A stretch of 64,000 nucleotides of DNA. It comes from Squalus acanthias (taxonomy: Eukaryota). The position numbers and the translations under genes were made by a program. This document shows positions 37,007-51,168 of the stretch, piece by piece (within the stretch, counting starts at the first letter, position 1; every line of letters begins with the position of its first letter). The stretch is taken from NCBI GenBank assembly GCA_030390025.1, contig CM059425.1:171432001-171496000 (forward strand), read 5' to 3'. The notes under the pieces are model-generated. The model saw only the letters and a list, made by a program, of their open reading frames with translations, was not told where the DNA came from and did no database searches.

Positions 37007-40000
37007 CAGGAAACTTAAGAAAAATCATATGGGGTCCCTGCTTCTGATTGCTATCCAGTGAGCCCTGTTGGAAGCACATACGAGAGGACAGAATCAGGCT
37101 TGATTATGATATCCCCATGGTCAACTATCTATTTCAGTGAGGTGCCAGAGAGTTGTTGGCACTTGTGGATCGGTACCCCACCACAAGTTGTTGCCTCTAG
37201 GGAAGAGGGACAAATAAAATTGCATTGCATCGTTGCCCATTTTGTCTATGTTGCTATGAATAATACATAATGAGACATTACCTATTTTAATGCCGCCATC
37301 TTGATTACTTTAGTACGTGCAAGCTAAAAAATAAAACAGTAAGCAGTCCTTCGGTGAAGGTGTTACCAGTGAGCATCAACTCCATCATGTGGAGCAGCAC
37401 AGATGTCTGCCGATAGAGCAGCTTAGGTACGGTCACAACTACGAACAGCCTGGGCTTTTCAGACAGCACATCTGCTCCCAACACCTGCCACGGTCACACT
37501 GGACCGCTAACATAATCGACTTTCCCCTTGTTTACATGGATGGTTTTTACAGATAAACTGCATCAACATCACACTGATTATGCAAGCACTGCTAATTACA
37601 ACCACTTAAACCTCTTTTCTCTCCATTCCAGTGAGCATACAGAGTTAAACAGGGATTCTCACCAAATATTCTTTTTCAACAATAAAAAGCTAAATGAATC
37701 ACAGTCAATGTTAAGTTGATTTTTGATCACTTTAAGTCCCTTGCCTTGAACGGAGCCACTTGTTCCCTGGGGAACTGTGGTGTAAATTGAGGAGCCAGCT
37801 GTGAAGAGTTAGAGACCAGGGCGTGAGGAAGTAGCCTCAGGCTTCACTGTTATTAAATCGGCAAGTAAAATGCAGCATCCACAATTAGAGAGACAATGCT
37901 GAAGGAGAAAGCCTGCATTTATTATAGGTTTCAGCACACAGGGGACCGTCTGCAGATGAGGTGAAGCACAGTTCTGAAACCGCAATAACTACATTTTGAG
38001 ATCATTGCCATACATTTGTGCATTTGTTTTCTGAGGCGGTGTCTATGATTATCTGCTGCAGAACAATAAGAGGTTCAGATGGAATTAAGGTGCAGGAGAC
38101 AGGGGCTTTTTAAATTAGTTATCAGCTAATTAGTGCCCTGCTTTGCCCTTACCCGTAATCTAATTAGACAATAATAAATGAGATGGGTTAAAAATAAAAA
38201 CTGTAAATGCTGAAAATCTGAAATAAGTAGACAATGCTGTAAACGCACAGAAGGCCCATCACTTAACATTCCGTATACACATAATAAACAGTATCCCTCT
38301 GAAGGTTCCCAGGTTGACCTTCCTTTCACTTTTAGATGTGCTTTAACATGCAACATCAATGAGGTGTATATAGCTGGGGTGGGCAGGTGGGCTGGGGGGA
38401 AAGAGTTACCACTTCAGTAACTGTTGTGTTATAAGATGAAGCCCAATATGAACTAGGTCCCATACTCCATTCACTGATCAGTAAGTAAAGAAAATATCAA
38501 TCACTGTTTCAAAATAAATAGCAAAACTCTCTACACCTCTAACTAAAATATGTTGGTATATTTTGAAGGTTAATGTACGATGCGCATATCGCTCCAAGGA
38601 CATAAATGTATTCCGGGCCACATATTTCAGACACTGAACTGGACTGTAGTCGCAATGGGATGCCCCCAGCAAACACAACTGTTGTTATTTGTTCAAGTGT
38701 AAACTGAGGCATTGTACTGCACCTTTGCAATGGGATTTTCAGCAAATTTATGACCGTTCCCGTTCTAAAAGTGCAGTAACCAGGGCATATGACTTGAAAG
38801 GAAATAATCACATGGGCGACCACCAGAATCTTTAACAGAGGTATGTTAATAATGAGTAAGAGCCGATATTTTATGAACCAGCTAACTTAAGTCATTATTT
38901 CCTGGTTTAACAGCAGTGCTATAGCTCATCCCAGTGTTGGTAATGATTCCATAGTCATTTGATGTGATTCTTATGGGAATTTTATCTCACATTTCTGCTT
39001 GCAGGATTCAGCAACACAGCTATTTAATCAAAAGGTTGACTGTGTTGATCCCATCAGCACCCATTCAAAGTGGTAATCAGGAAGTGAAGTAATGCAGTCT
39101 AATTCCACCTACTAACACAATGTCCAATGATGGTTAAGGATGAGGAAGACCATCCATCAACCACTCAAAAAGATTGTAAGGTCCCCCCCTTTTCAACATC
39201 CACTCATTTAATAGATTCTAGGGTTTTCATCCATATCACTCTTCCTTTGAGTCTATTCCACACTTTGATCACTTTCTGTGTAAAGAAAAAATCTTAACAT
39301 TTACCTTCTGCCAGTTTGAATCTATGACCCCTTGTCCTACTCTCGATCAAGTTTCTGGAGTGGGACTTGAACCTATGACCTTCTGACTCAAAAGGTGAGA
39401 GTGCTACCGCTGAGTCCCACTTTTACTAAATTGGAGTGGAGTGCTGAATGCACAAATTATGATCCCTCCACAAATATGAGCCCAAGTGGGCAGTGAAGGA
39501 AACTGAATAAAGATTGAAGCCCTGTAGGTTAGCGCATCATTTATTTCTGCCTTTTTCTATGTTTTCTAAACAAGAAAAGTGTGGAAACAAAGAAATTGTT
39601 CTGATAATAGTTTCTTTGAAGGTGAAAGTGATAAAACATGTTCTAGGCGCGGCATTTTCATGAAAAAGTTTTGGGAAGACAGACAATCGGTTGGAGTACC
39701 TTCTGCTGAAATGTGTCATCACATCAAGCGCAAATTAGCCCATGTGACAAAATTCCTTCCCAAACCAAGAACTTGCTCAACACTTCTTGGTTTATTTTCT
39801 CCCCCATCTTCCAATTCTCACTTTGATTTTTCTCTCCTGAAGGTGGTGACTCACACTGAGCTGCAGCTCCGCAACCCTTCAGCAGGTCACCCAAATGGCC
39901 ATTCATCATGTGTGAGTTTGGACTTTAAATCCTAAGAGTATAATCACAGACAAGGCCAGCCCTATGACCACTCAGTATTCTTGCTGCAGATCTTCCTGGT

Positions 40001-40345
40001 CTGCAGGGCCTTGCCTGTGATCAGAATCTTTTAATTTTCTTTCTGAATAAATTATCCCCCTTCTTCACACCTCTCCAAATATATAATTTGGGTGTGCATA
40101 TAACTGATGACAGCATATACAATAATTCAAGGATCATTTTGGGCCGAGCAGAAATTATAGCTCAAAACCTGTTCAATTCCATGATTTTGTTTTTTCATAT
40201 GGTCTCGTTTAAAATCCCTCCACAGACTCACTCTCTCATCTGAGTGATCTCTTGCAATCATATGTCTCAGTGCACACCCCTACTCCACTAACTCTGGCTT
40301 ACAATTAGTCGCCTGCTCCCACTGCTCCACCATTTCAAGCACTAT

Positions 40346-40897
40346 GGCCGCGATTTTGTGTTCGGTGTCGGGATGGGTGCGGGTCAGCTGGTTTCCGGGT
40401 TACGGTCCCGCTCCCAGCTGCCTCCGCTCCACAGACGTGATTTTCCCTTGATTGACCTTGTTAAGCCTGCCCTGCGTCATCTGCCGGTTTCCTTAAAGGG
40501 ACCATGCACAATTTTATTTTGACAGTTGATTTCTCAGTGTTTGAGAGCATTGAGGTGCTGAAAACACTGACAATCACTGCACAAAGGTGAACTCTTTTCA
40601 CAAACATTACACCAGACTCACAACACGCCACACTTACCTGGCGTGGTGTCCGGATGTCGGGAAACCTGACCCAGAAGCGGGAAAAATCGAAAAACAGGCT
40701 GAACACTACTGACAAGTACCTGTTAATAGGCAGGTAATTGTCTTTAATCCGTTTCCCGCCGCTAGTTGTCGGGTCCATTCGCAAATCGGGAAACGACACT
40801 TGGGAAGGCTGTGTTGACGGCGGGTTCGGGACCCGCCGTCAATCACTAGGACTTTAACCTCTAACCCGCCTCTCTGAGCACTGGCAAAATCGTGGCC
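40346..40897. mobile_element. PIF/Harbinger-type MITE
   Basis: TIR ggccgcgattttg vs reverse complement ggccacgattttg (12/13). The ends resemble those of 50244-54056. Confidence 0.75.
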
Positions 40898-42639
40898 TCT
40901 GCCTTTGTCCCCTAAATCCTTCAATTACTGAACCTCAGAACTCCTCTTACTTCCTTCAAAAGTTTCTTAAAATCTTATTTTTTAATCGTGCTTTCACCCC
41001 AGTCCAGCGACTTAAACATTCTTCTACACGATTCCCTTTAGTTCTCGAGATGCAAGCGATGCTGGCAAGGCCTCATTTACTGCACATCTCTAATTGCCCT
41101 GAGAAAGTGGTGGTGGTCAATACAAATGGAAGTAATAGTTTTGCTTTCTGTGTTTGAGATGAATGCCTTTTTCCAGTCAAATACAGGAAGTATTATCAAA
41201 GGCTCTTTTTGGGAAGGGGGGGACAGGATATTAAAGGTTATCTCAATTCTTAATCTCAACTAGTAAAAACATTAACTTATGCAGATCCCCTCGCAAAAAT
41301 TCTTTGTAAATTTGTATATTGCACTCACACTTTCATTGCAATTAATTACAAGTGACACAAGTGTTCCTCAGACATTCTTTTCTCAAGTCTCTTAGTTTTG
41401 TTGCACAATAAATTACATGCCATCTTCCCATCCTCTGATTACATTTAGCACTAAAATTAAGTGCATCACAAATAGAATTAGTGTCATATTTAAACACCAT
41501 CATGGTTTTTGGTTTGTAATAACAGCAGGGGATTGGCTAACCTGTTTCAAAATATGACACAAGCATGTAGTCATATCTTCATTTAAGCACATGTGGCAAT
41601 GGCATAACTTTTTATTTTAGTCTTTTTTGTAAATTTTACGCTGCACTAGTGTGATATTTTTCCATTGCAAATACCAGTCATCCTGTAACCTCTATGAGTG
41701 CCAATACCAGTTAATTAGTTACAGATTAGAACCAGTTTTGTGTTATGGGACAGTGGCCACAATCAATAGGCATTGAGATTGTCCAAACCCAGTTACAGAC
41801 AGCACAATTCAAGATTACTCTTATATCAACTGGGTTATGGCTGCACCGCAAGCTTTCATCAGAAGACATTTAAGAGAAACTCAAGCTCTTCTTCACAACT
41901 ATGGACATTGTTGAGCTTCTATCCCAAGAAGTCGCTCAGTTATGGTGGTCGTACCCTTGAGCACCAGCAACACTCAGTTGACTCTAATGTACGACTGGAA
42001 TGTCTCAATCGATACATTGAGTTACTGAGTGAATTGGATGGCTGGTGATGAGAATAGTTCTTGTATTTTCACATAAATTTGATATGAATCAATTTTCTTT
42101 ATACTGATCCAAGTCTTATTCACCGTGCAGCAGCTGCAACCTATGAGATTGTGCAGACAGAAAAACAGTTTTACGCACTTTGAAACCAAAACAGTATCCA
42201 CTCCAATATGTGTTTGCCATTCAACACCTGTGCTAGTTATTAACGGTGCTTTTGGCTAATGAAAGTATTCATTAAAATGTAAACAAGCCATGCTTAATGT
42301 GTCGTTCAAGCATTAAGCAAATGTTCACATTAAATCTGTGGGTTTTTTTAATCCCAGTTTGTGTTACATTAGTCAGTTCAGCTAGGACAGCAATTGGCCT
42401 CAGTGCACATGTGATTTTCGAGGAGGAGGTGTTCAGGATCTACATTTAGTTATTGTTCAATGAGCCCTATGGGACAGATCACGTGTGTACAGCACTGGAC
42501 TCAGCTGCACTGGCCCCTTAAATATCCCATCGACACACACTTTCGAGACTCATACAGGACCGCTAGCTGCTTGGGCAAGCGACTGAAAGGCGGCAGACGC
42601 CCTGCCACACATCACTGGTTACAAGAGAGGAAAGAAGAA

Positions 42640-43055
42640 AGAAATTACTAAGCCTGCATTTAAATCATCATATCCTTGGGACATCGCAAACTGCTTTGAA
42701 GTGCAGTCACTTAAGTAGGTAAACATGGCAAGTCAATGTGTACACAGCAAGATCCCACAACCAGCAAATGAATGACCAGTTGATCTGTTTTGATGGTGCT
42801 AATTGAGAATAAATACTGGCCAAGACAACTCAAAAACTCCGCGCTCTTCAAGCAGTTCCATGGGATTTTTTACGTCCAACTGACCAGGCAGATGGAGCCT
42901 AGGTTTAATGTCTTATCTGAAAAACAGCACCTCCGGAACTGCAGCGCTCTCTCAGCACTACACTGTATTGTCAGTCTAGATTATGTGCTCAAGTCTGGAG
43001 TGGGACTTAAACCCAATCTTCTGACTCAGAGGCGAGAATGCTACTGACTGATCCA
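42640..43055 (-). mobile_element. SacSINE1/DeuSINE-like SINE
   Basis: Reverse complement of 45655-46110, including the head (ctggagtgggacttaaaccc...gaggcgagaatgctactgactga). Confidence 0.75.
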
Positions 43056-44471
43056 AGTTAACACAGGAGGGTTAAAAACAGAAAACTAGGAGGGAAGTGG
43101 GGGGAAACAGTTGTTTTTCTGAGTATTCGCTCAAGATGTTTATTAAGTACATATTTGTATATTTAATACAATATAACTTATCAGTACATCTTTTGGTAAT
43201 CGCCACACAATAAACCATAACTGCAGCTTGTGAATAAATGCAATCTAAAATATTGTAACTTCTCCTCTTTTCTTTCCATTCTTCATTCAATGCTGCTGTA
43301 TATAGCAGTTTACAGGAGTAATGTCACACTCGTGGCTTTCTCCAAAGAGCAATTGTTCTTTCCATTCAGCAACGACAGAATTTTTCAAAAAATATATTTA
43401 GATCATAATTTTTTTGTGTCTTAGTATTTAGTCACTGAGCCAAACATTCATACCAGCTTCCTAACTCCAAGATGAAAGTCATGATACTTGGGACCCGAGA
43501 CAGCCCCGTGAAATTAAAATTTAATCCCTATTGAGTAAACGTTTGAATTGTCAGCCAATCATATGTGACATCACTGGATTTTTTGTTGACACTTGTTTTT
43601 GAAGAGGATGTCTGGAGTTCATTGTGAAATACATTCAATCAATTGCTAATTAAAATTCAGTTCTGTGATGTCTATAAATAGAATATCGTCTCTTCAATTT
43701 AATAAACAAGACTCATTGAGGCCAATGAGATAATAGTTCAGCTGTGCCAGGACCACACTGATATAACTACTTATTTTCTTACATGAACAGACATATGCGA
43801 GTCACATAAACATATTATGCTATCTAGATCATAATCTTGCCAGTGTTGAGTGGAATTTAATCAATATTTTCACTTTCTGATTAGAAGACTCAGGTTATCA
43901 AATTTGTTTCCATTACTCACAGATCCCAGCTATGAACTCAAATTCTATCACACCGTTGAATGAATACACTGCAGATACATCACTATCCACCTCTCTGGGA
44001 TGACAGTGAAAAAAAGCCCAGCTCAGACAAAGCTGAGGTCTGCAAATTAAGACTCTCAAGCATAGCTGATTCTTTGTTAAAAATTCATGTAATAAATTCA
44101 CCTTGGCTGGTGATGAAGAATTGGATTGTGATAAAAGTATCAGCAATTAACTTGTAATTGTTATTAACGAATTATGTTTAAATTAGGTTACTGAAAGAAT
44201 GCCAAAAAATGGGAATAGTACACCAGAATTTTATGCGAGTATCCAAGATTGTATTCAGATTATATATTTTGTTTAAATAAAGTCTGCAGAGAAATGTTAC
44301 ACAAATTATTAATTACTCAGAATATATCATAAACAAACTTCAAATAAATACCACTTTAAATTACTCAAACAGTGACCTATGTAATTTAATATAAAAGAGC
44401 TCATATTATTGTGTATTTTAAATAGATATGAAGGTACAACATAATTGCAATTTAGCATACATAAAAACACA

Positions 44472-45644
44472 GGCACAGATTTTCCTGGGGATTCGTCTAT
44501 GTCATAGAGACCCTTGATCGGCGCAATAGAAAGAGGAAATGATGGAGTAAGTGACTCATGCTATTAATTATGCCACTCCATATTTTCCTGGAATTTTTGC
44601 GCTTCTCCGCCATTTACCTCGCAAAAACAGTTAGAAAGTAATTAGCATAGTCCCGCCCCCATTAAAATCAACAGCGATTGTGATTTTCCTCATTTAAGCC
44701 AGTTTTCACACTGCTGCCATTTAGACTGAAAAATAATGGTCTAAGTGGCCTGGCAGCGGTGTGATTTATTACTCCAAGATTGAGTTTAAACTCCCAGTAG
44801 TTAAAAATGTATTACTACAGCAATGATTAAACAACTAGAATGGTAATATCTACTTCCTGCATCTGGGATTTCCAATTTTAATATTGCCACACTATATGTC
44901 CGGATCCTGGTCATTTGATGAGATCGTTTGCAGAATTTTAATGACCCCTTCTCTGTTTTCCCACAGTGCTCAACCTCACTAAAGCAACTCACACAACCAA
45001 CATATTTTTTCTAATAACTCTTAATTTGCTTATTAATCACTACTGATATGAATAACTTGATGTACATATACCTCAAAAACATTTCAAGCCCATCGAAATC
45101 AGAGGAAAGTCAGCCTGTAAGTTTTTTCCTGTTCACAAAGATTTGCGATTTTCAGTCTCATTCAAACTGAAATAATCAGAACTTTAGGTAAGGCAAAAAT
45201 TCAATGGTAGCTGGCTGAGCTCATTTTATGCCCTTGTAATCCACAAAAATAAAAGCCAACAATCATTTTATTCCTAAATTATTAATTTATAATGTAACGA
45301 CTTGAAGTGGCCTGAATTCATAGATCACACGCAGCAGTGAAACTGACAGAAATCTGGAAACTCAAAAGGGGACATTACACCTTAGAGTAGTTGGAAGTTA
45401 AAGTTTATTTAAGAAGTTACACTTCAATTGACTGAAACCTTCCAGTGGCTCCGGGTGGTGAATGCGCCATTTCTTCTGCTCCCAGGTCGGCACTGAGCAC
45501 CCGATTGGCCGCAGTGCTCACTGCGGCCTATTCGAATTAGAAACAGCAAAATTTGGAGCAAGATAGCAACAGCAAGCTTGGCGTGCTAGAATGGCGAGAT
45601 TTACAGTACGTCGCCAAGCTCGCCGTTGCGGGAAATCCTGGGCC
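44472..45644. mobile_element. Probable degenerate Harbinger-type MITE
   Basis: Imperfect TIR ggcacagattttcc vs ggcccaggatttcc, with CpG-rich ends. Confidence 0.4.
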
Positions 45645-45654
45645 ATTGTTACAC

Positions 45655-46110
45655 TAGCTCAGTGGTAGCACTCTCGCCTCGGAGCCAGAAGGTTGTGGGT
45701 TCAAGTCCCACTCCAGAGACTTGAGCACAAAATCTAGGCTGACAATCCAGTGCAGTACTGAGGGAGTGCTGTACTGTCGGAGGTGGTGTCTTTCAGATGA
45801 GACATTAAACTGAGGCCCTGTCTGCCCTTGCAGGTGGATGTAAAAGATCCCATGGCACTATTTCGATGAAGAGCAGGGGAGTTCTCCCCCAGTGTCCTGG
45901 CCAATACTTATCCCTCAACCAACATCTAAAACAGATTACTGGTCATTAGCACATTGGTGTTTATGGGAGCTTGCTGTGCGCAAATTGCTGACACGTTTCC
46001 TACATTACGACAGTGACTACACTTCAAAAAGTACTTCATTAGCTGTAAAGCGCTTTGGGATGTCCTGAGGTTGTGAAAGGTGCTATATAAATGCAAATTG
46101 TTTCTTTCTT
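45655..46110 (+). mobile_element. Full-length tRNA-derived SINE (SacSINE1/DeuSINE-like)
   Basis: Pol III box A TAGCTCAGTGG and box B GGTTCAAGTCC. The L2-like tail is ctgtaaagcgctttggg...gctatataaatgcaa. Several other copies occur in the window. Confidence 0.8.
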
Positions 46111-47099
46111 TAAGAGGATATTTGGCTGCAAATATGCAGTCACGCTCAAAAGTATTTTTTTACAATCTAACTGCTGCTTAATCTAATTGCAAATACTTCA
46201 TCGAAGTCAGGATTCCATTTTGAAAGATCAAAAATACCAGTTATAAATTTCACTTGAAAACTCCTGGAACCTTGTGCATTCCTCTTACTAATGTTCCATA
46301 TAAATCAAATGAACAAAGTCTTAAACTGTGATCTAACCCCTTGTCGAGATAAGTTAGATCTACTGCCAAACAGAAAGGCTTATCTTTAACCATTATTTGC
46401 AGCTCAACATAAAAGTAAACCGAGCTGAAGCAAAACCATCAACCACAAATGACTGAATACAATTTCATTTTATTACAAGCAGATGACGTGACTGCATTTT
46501 GCATAATACCGCACAGTGTCAAGGTTATCCTTAGTCGGACTTAGCAAGATCAATAGTTAAAAGTATATTGTAGGTCTTGGTATCAAAGTCATACTGAAAT
46601 ACAGTAGAACCATTCTGAAGTTCAGTTGCAGTACAAAAAGTAGTTGTATTTTTAAGTCATCCACTCAGCACTAGATCTGTCTTCAACTCATTGCCAAACA
46701 AGTATGCATTTGTCGCCAATAATGCACTTCATTTTACTTGATCTTGTTTAAAAAAGAGTTGAAAACTGAATGAAAATGCAGGCATGTTAAACTAGACCAG
46801 TATGACTGAAATCGACATTGATGTACGACAAAACAAAAACAAATCCCGTGGAAACACTTTTACACTCACCCTGAGGCAGTAGAGCTGAAATTCTTTGACA
46901 GTTTCTTCCAAAGAACACAATATTTGATACAGATTTTTTTTAACCCATTCAAAACCAGTGTACTACTTTTGAAATAGCTGTCATGTCAACAGGACAAAAG
47001 TGATCAGTGATTTTCCGAAAGACAAATCACACACAAAGTGATATCATCCATATATCGACATCTCTGCCACGTTCCCAAAAACGCAGCAGGTTAACCCAT

Positions 47100-47460
47100 C
47101 ACTCGCTTTAATACAGACCAACGAGGACTCCCATTCAATCCCTGGTTTGTGTGGAGTTATCTTTTCTCAGCTGGTGTGGTAAGTTGCTAAAACTGCCCTG
47201 AGCAAACCTGAGCAGGCTGAGGAAAACCAGCCCAAGCTACCACTTCAGATTGCTATCCAGCAATTGCTGCTGAAAGTGCAGGGTGTCCGATAAAGGGTGA
47301 AGGCTCAGTTGCAATGGCCCACCTGCTCAAATAGCCCACTGACACGAACCATCCAGGTTCACATATGAAGGAATGACCAATCAGATGAGGTTACCGAGGG
47401 CCACAGCCATGATTTGTGGAATTGAACTCAAGCAGGAGTCATGAGCTTCGGAAGAGGAGC
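47100..47460 (+). mobile_element. Ancient SINE-like repeat (related copies near 37030, 39800, 42350, 48300, 55600)
   Basis: Motifs gattgctatccag and cacatatgaagg recur in diverged form at the other loci. Confidence 0.5.
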
Positions 47461-48889
47461 AGGGGGAACAAAATCAGAGTTAAAAAAATCACAAGGATCT
47501 TAGTTGTAAAGGAAAAACTGCACCTTTGGTTTTATACTATCAGTTTTTTTGCTAACTTTACCCAAGATGCTTTTTAAAAATCATGTGGAACAGATGCTTT
47601 AGTGTACTGCAAAGCTCACTATAGCATTTGCATGAGACTGTGCAGTGATATTTAACAATGACCCTAATATCCAGAGATAGTTCATAGCCTAAAAGCAGGT
47701 TTCATTTGTCACAACTGGTGAGTTGTGTAAAGTGCAGGCAAAAATCTTTCTGCACTAACATGTTTCTTTAGAAACAAAATACATTTGCATATATTTATTG
47801 CAAAAGGAAATAGCTAATTTCTAAAATACTAAATTTTGAAAGAGATATCATTTACAAACTGTATTCTGAAGGAATTTGATAGAAAATTTACTTAGCACTC
47901 TACTAAAAACCTTATTTTTAAAAATAAAATCCACTTTTCCCATTTTCAAATGATGATGAAATTAAGGCGCTTTCTGGTGCAATATTCCTCACCTTTTAAC
48001 TGAAATTATCCTTTACAGGAAATGAGGAAACACCCATATTTCCTTTGAAGGATTCTTGTCCTCTATTACCAACCTCCTGCAGCTTCTTACACTGCCACCA
48101 TGTGCCCTATCTTCAGTTCCTCTGAACCAAGACTTCAGTTTATAAGAACCCTGTACATTTCAGCTTTCCCCCTCCTGAAGGTGCTGAATGATGTCCGCAT
48201 GTGCTGGCAGCCATCCAATACCTCAGCTAAGCAGCCATTTTTCATGTCGATGCCTCGACAAAGAGCTCAACAGAGAGTGCTGATAGGTTATTTAACAATG
48301 GAGGGCATCACAATTAAGCCCAATTATGTCCTCACCCAATCTCCTCACATGTGCAATTCCTCAGCTTCAGTCATTGGAGAGGGATCAACAACAGGAACTT
48401 GGCTGTTTTTTTTCCCTTCCTCTGTCCAGTGTTAAGACTAATTGTAAAGCACTTACTGCTGAGATCAGCTAACTCGGTACAAACTAGAAATTGACCGTAA
48501 AACCCTCTGGTCTGTCTATATGGCATAGTTCCGCACTTGGTGATGTCTTTACTCACTAGACCATGAATTTCACCTTTCTAATTCACATACTTTCTGTGTA
48601 AGAGAGGGAACAAAATAAATAGTTTTCTAACCAACTATGTTAATAAAAACATGGAGTGGGGAACTTGTAACAAACTGCGTTGTACCTGGGCTCTCCTAAA
48701 TATCCAGAGTATAACAGGGAAACATGTAAACAGAAACAGTTACTATACTGAAGTCCAGAATGGAGGAGAGTAAGAAACTGGAATGTGGAGAGTACCTGAA
48801 TTTTAAGAGTGACAAATACTGAAGCTAAATATGGACCATCTTTTCATACATCGTCTCCACATAACATGAGTAATTGTCTTGAAGTAGTA

Positions 48890-49079
48890 GGGGTTGAAAT
48901 TGGTCTTTGCCAGTAGCGTGAAATGCGCTCATATCGAATCGGCAGCCAGTTTAACACCGCGCTTGATTTCCTTTCCCATTGAAATCAACAGAAAAGAAAA
49001 TCGGGCGGCGTGTAAAACTGTAAGGCTGTCAATTCCTTAGGAGCATTTCACTCGACTGATGAAGACCAATTTCACCCCC
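48890..49079. mobile_element. 190-bp fold-back MITE (PIF/Harbinger-like) with 3-bp TSD
   Basis: TIR ggggttgaaattggtctttgccagt vs reverse complement gggggtgaaattggtcttcatcagt. GTA is duplicated at 48887-48889 and 49080-49082. Confidence 0.8.
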
Positions 49080-50206
49080 GTATAATCTAGAAGGAATACC
49101 TGTCTGTTTAAGATCCATGGCAAAGATTAACACATCCCTGACAAACCGCCTTGCCTATTTGCAGATAAATAAAACACAACAAATGATCAGTGTGGATTAC
49201 TCCATGTGACGACCCTGCAAATCTCCAGTAAGGTAAAGATTACGGCAAAAGGCAGTTAAAGACATGAGAATGGTAGTTTTCCATTTTAGTGACAGCATAT
49301 CACACAAAAACATAGCTACATTAAACTGTGCAAAAACAGATTTTAATGCTGATATGGAGTTGAGCAATATGGAGGTGTGTGAGGAGGCCCATCAAAAAGA
49401 ATGGATAGTACTTTCCAAACACTCCTGTTGTCCAAGTGAGGATGAAATTTGAGAGATATCCTAATCCAAATCCACATCTCGTAAGATCTGTGTGACCAGG
49501 ATAAAACTTCTAGACAGGTCACATAAATTAAAATCCTGATGTTGCAAGCCTGGTACCAAGGGAAATCGGCAAGAAAGGCTGTGAAGATTATAGCACCAAT
49601 TCCATTGTTTGGAACCATAAGAATGTTTCGACCTCTGAGTGAGTTGTCATGGATTGAATCCCATAGAGGGTTTTGATGACATAAAGCCTCAGAAGCTTGG
49701 AAAAGGTCATTTGAAAGAAACAAACAAAAAGACTTGGGAGGTTTTACTACATTAAAGGCGCTATATAATTGCAAGTTGTTGTTGATCATCTGTTTTTGGT
49801 CGTATTGGTGAAGGAAGAAATGCTGGCCAGGACTCCAGGAGAAATGCTTGCTCTTCTTCAAAGTGCCATGGAATCGTTAATCCATAGGCAGACAGGACTT
49901 TGGTTTGACGTCTCAATAATTTTAGTGAAAAAGTTGGCATGAGTAACAAAACAGGATTTCTCATTTGTATTCACATTGACTTTTTGGTAAAATTAACAAA
50001 AATTTCATCCCCTATCTTTGTTGCCACAGTACTCTACATGCCTCTTTTGTGCTGTCTTATGAACATTATAGTTTCACATCTGCTAATACACAAAATGCTC
50101 AGCATTGATTAAATAGACCACTGATCTAGACATCCACATGTATTTTCTATGATCTGATTATCAAGAAGTCACAGGTGAGCTTTTGATTTGAGGAGTTCTT
50201 CTGGTA

Positions 50207-50234
50207 TTAATAATAAATAAATAAATAAATAAAT
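50207..50234 (+). repeat. (TAAA)n microsatellite
   Basis: taataataaataaataaataaataaata. Confidence 0.8.
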
Positions 50235-51168
50235 AGAGACTAAGGCCGCGATTGTGCCTACCTGTGCGGGTTTATGGCGAGAGTGTGCTGTGTTAATCCC
50301 ACTGAGAGAAAAGATTTCCCGTAATTGGCCCTGTTAGGCCCGCCCTGCGCGTTACCCAGCCCATTTACAAGGTGCGGGTCTGGTGATATCAGCGGATGAT
50401 GCGTTTGTTGCTGGTATATTTAAAGGGGCCATGGCCCCATTTGCTCTCACTTGTCATTTCAAGGGCTTCAGTGCTGCAGGTATCTAAATCAGTTAAGAAT
50501 GAGTGCAGAAAGGCAGAGGGCTGCTCCTAGGTTCAGCAATGACTCCCTCCATGTTCTTGTGGAGGGAGTCAGAGGACGTAGGGAGGTTCTCTTCCCTACA
50601 GATGGTAGGAAGAGACCTCCCCAGCAGACGAAGTCACCGTGGCTGCAGATTGCTGAGGAGGTGACGGCCAGGTCAGTGGTACTTCAGACCTGGGTGCAGT
50701 GCCGCAAAAGGTTTAATGCTCGTATACAATCAGGAAAAGTGAGTATACAGCCACAATTACCTTCATGCTGCTGTGCCTGTCATCACATCCCCATCACTCT
50801 GCATTGCCAACCCTACTCCTGCACATCCTGACTCACCCCAACATCCTTTGCACCTTCACCCATCCCTCTCGATCTACAGTATCACATTCCCATCTTACTA
50901 TGCACCCCTCGCACTCACCAACTAACAACACAAAAGGAGGCAACTTGGTATTGGCAACCCACTCCATCACAGTCTCTCTCTAAACATCTATCCCATCCAT
51001 TCTTTACACTCATTGTATCACTCTCTGTCAAGCTTCTCTTCTTTCTCTCACTGCAGGAAAAGAGAGCCCACAATAAGAGGGAGAGGGAAGAGAACGGGAG
51101 GAGGCCCTCAATCCATGGCAATTTTGACCGATGCAGAGGAGGACGCATTGGAATTAACCAGAGTGGTT

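Noticed and set aside
38190..38345. Another Penelope terminal-repeat relic
   Set aside because: Only a short resemblance (aaatgctgaaaatctgaaataa) and no hammerhead core, so too decayed to call.
45655..45720. tRNA gene
   Set aside because: Boxes A and B continue into a SINE body and L2-like tail present in multiple copies, and no full cloverleaf is seen.
46870..46884. Possible 15-nt in-frame microexon on the minus strand (ag|CTCTACTGCCTCAGG|gtgagt)
   Set aside because: The donor is good, but the acceptor lacks a polypyrimidine tract and there is no protein support. Such motifs occur by chance in 64 kb.
50451..50831. Host NAIF1/MSANTD gene
   Set aside because: Frameshifts, a CR1 insertion in exon 2 and TIR-like ends indicate a dead transposon gene.
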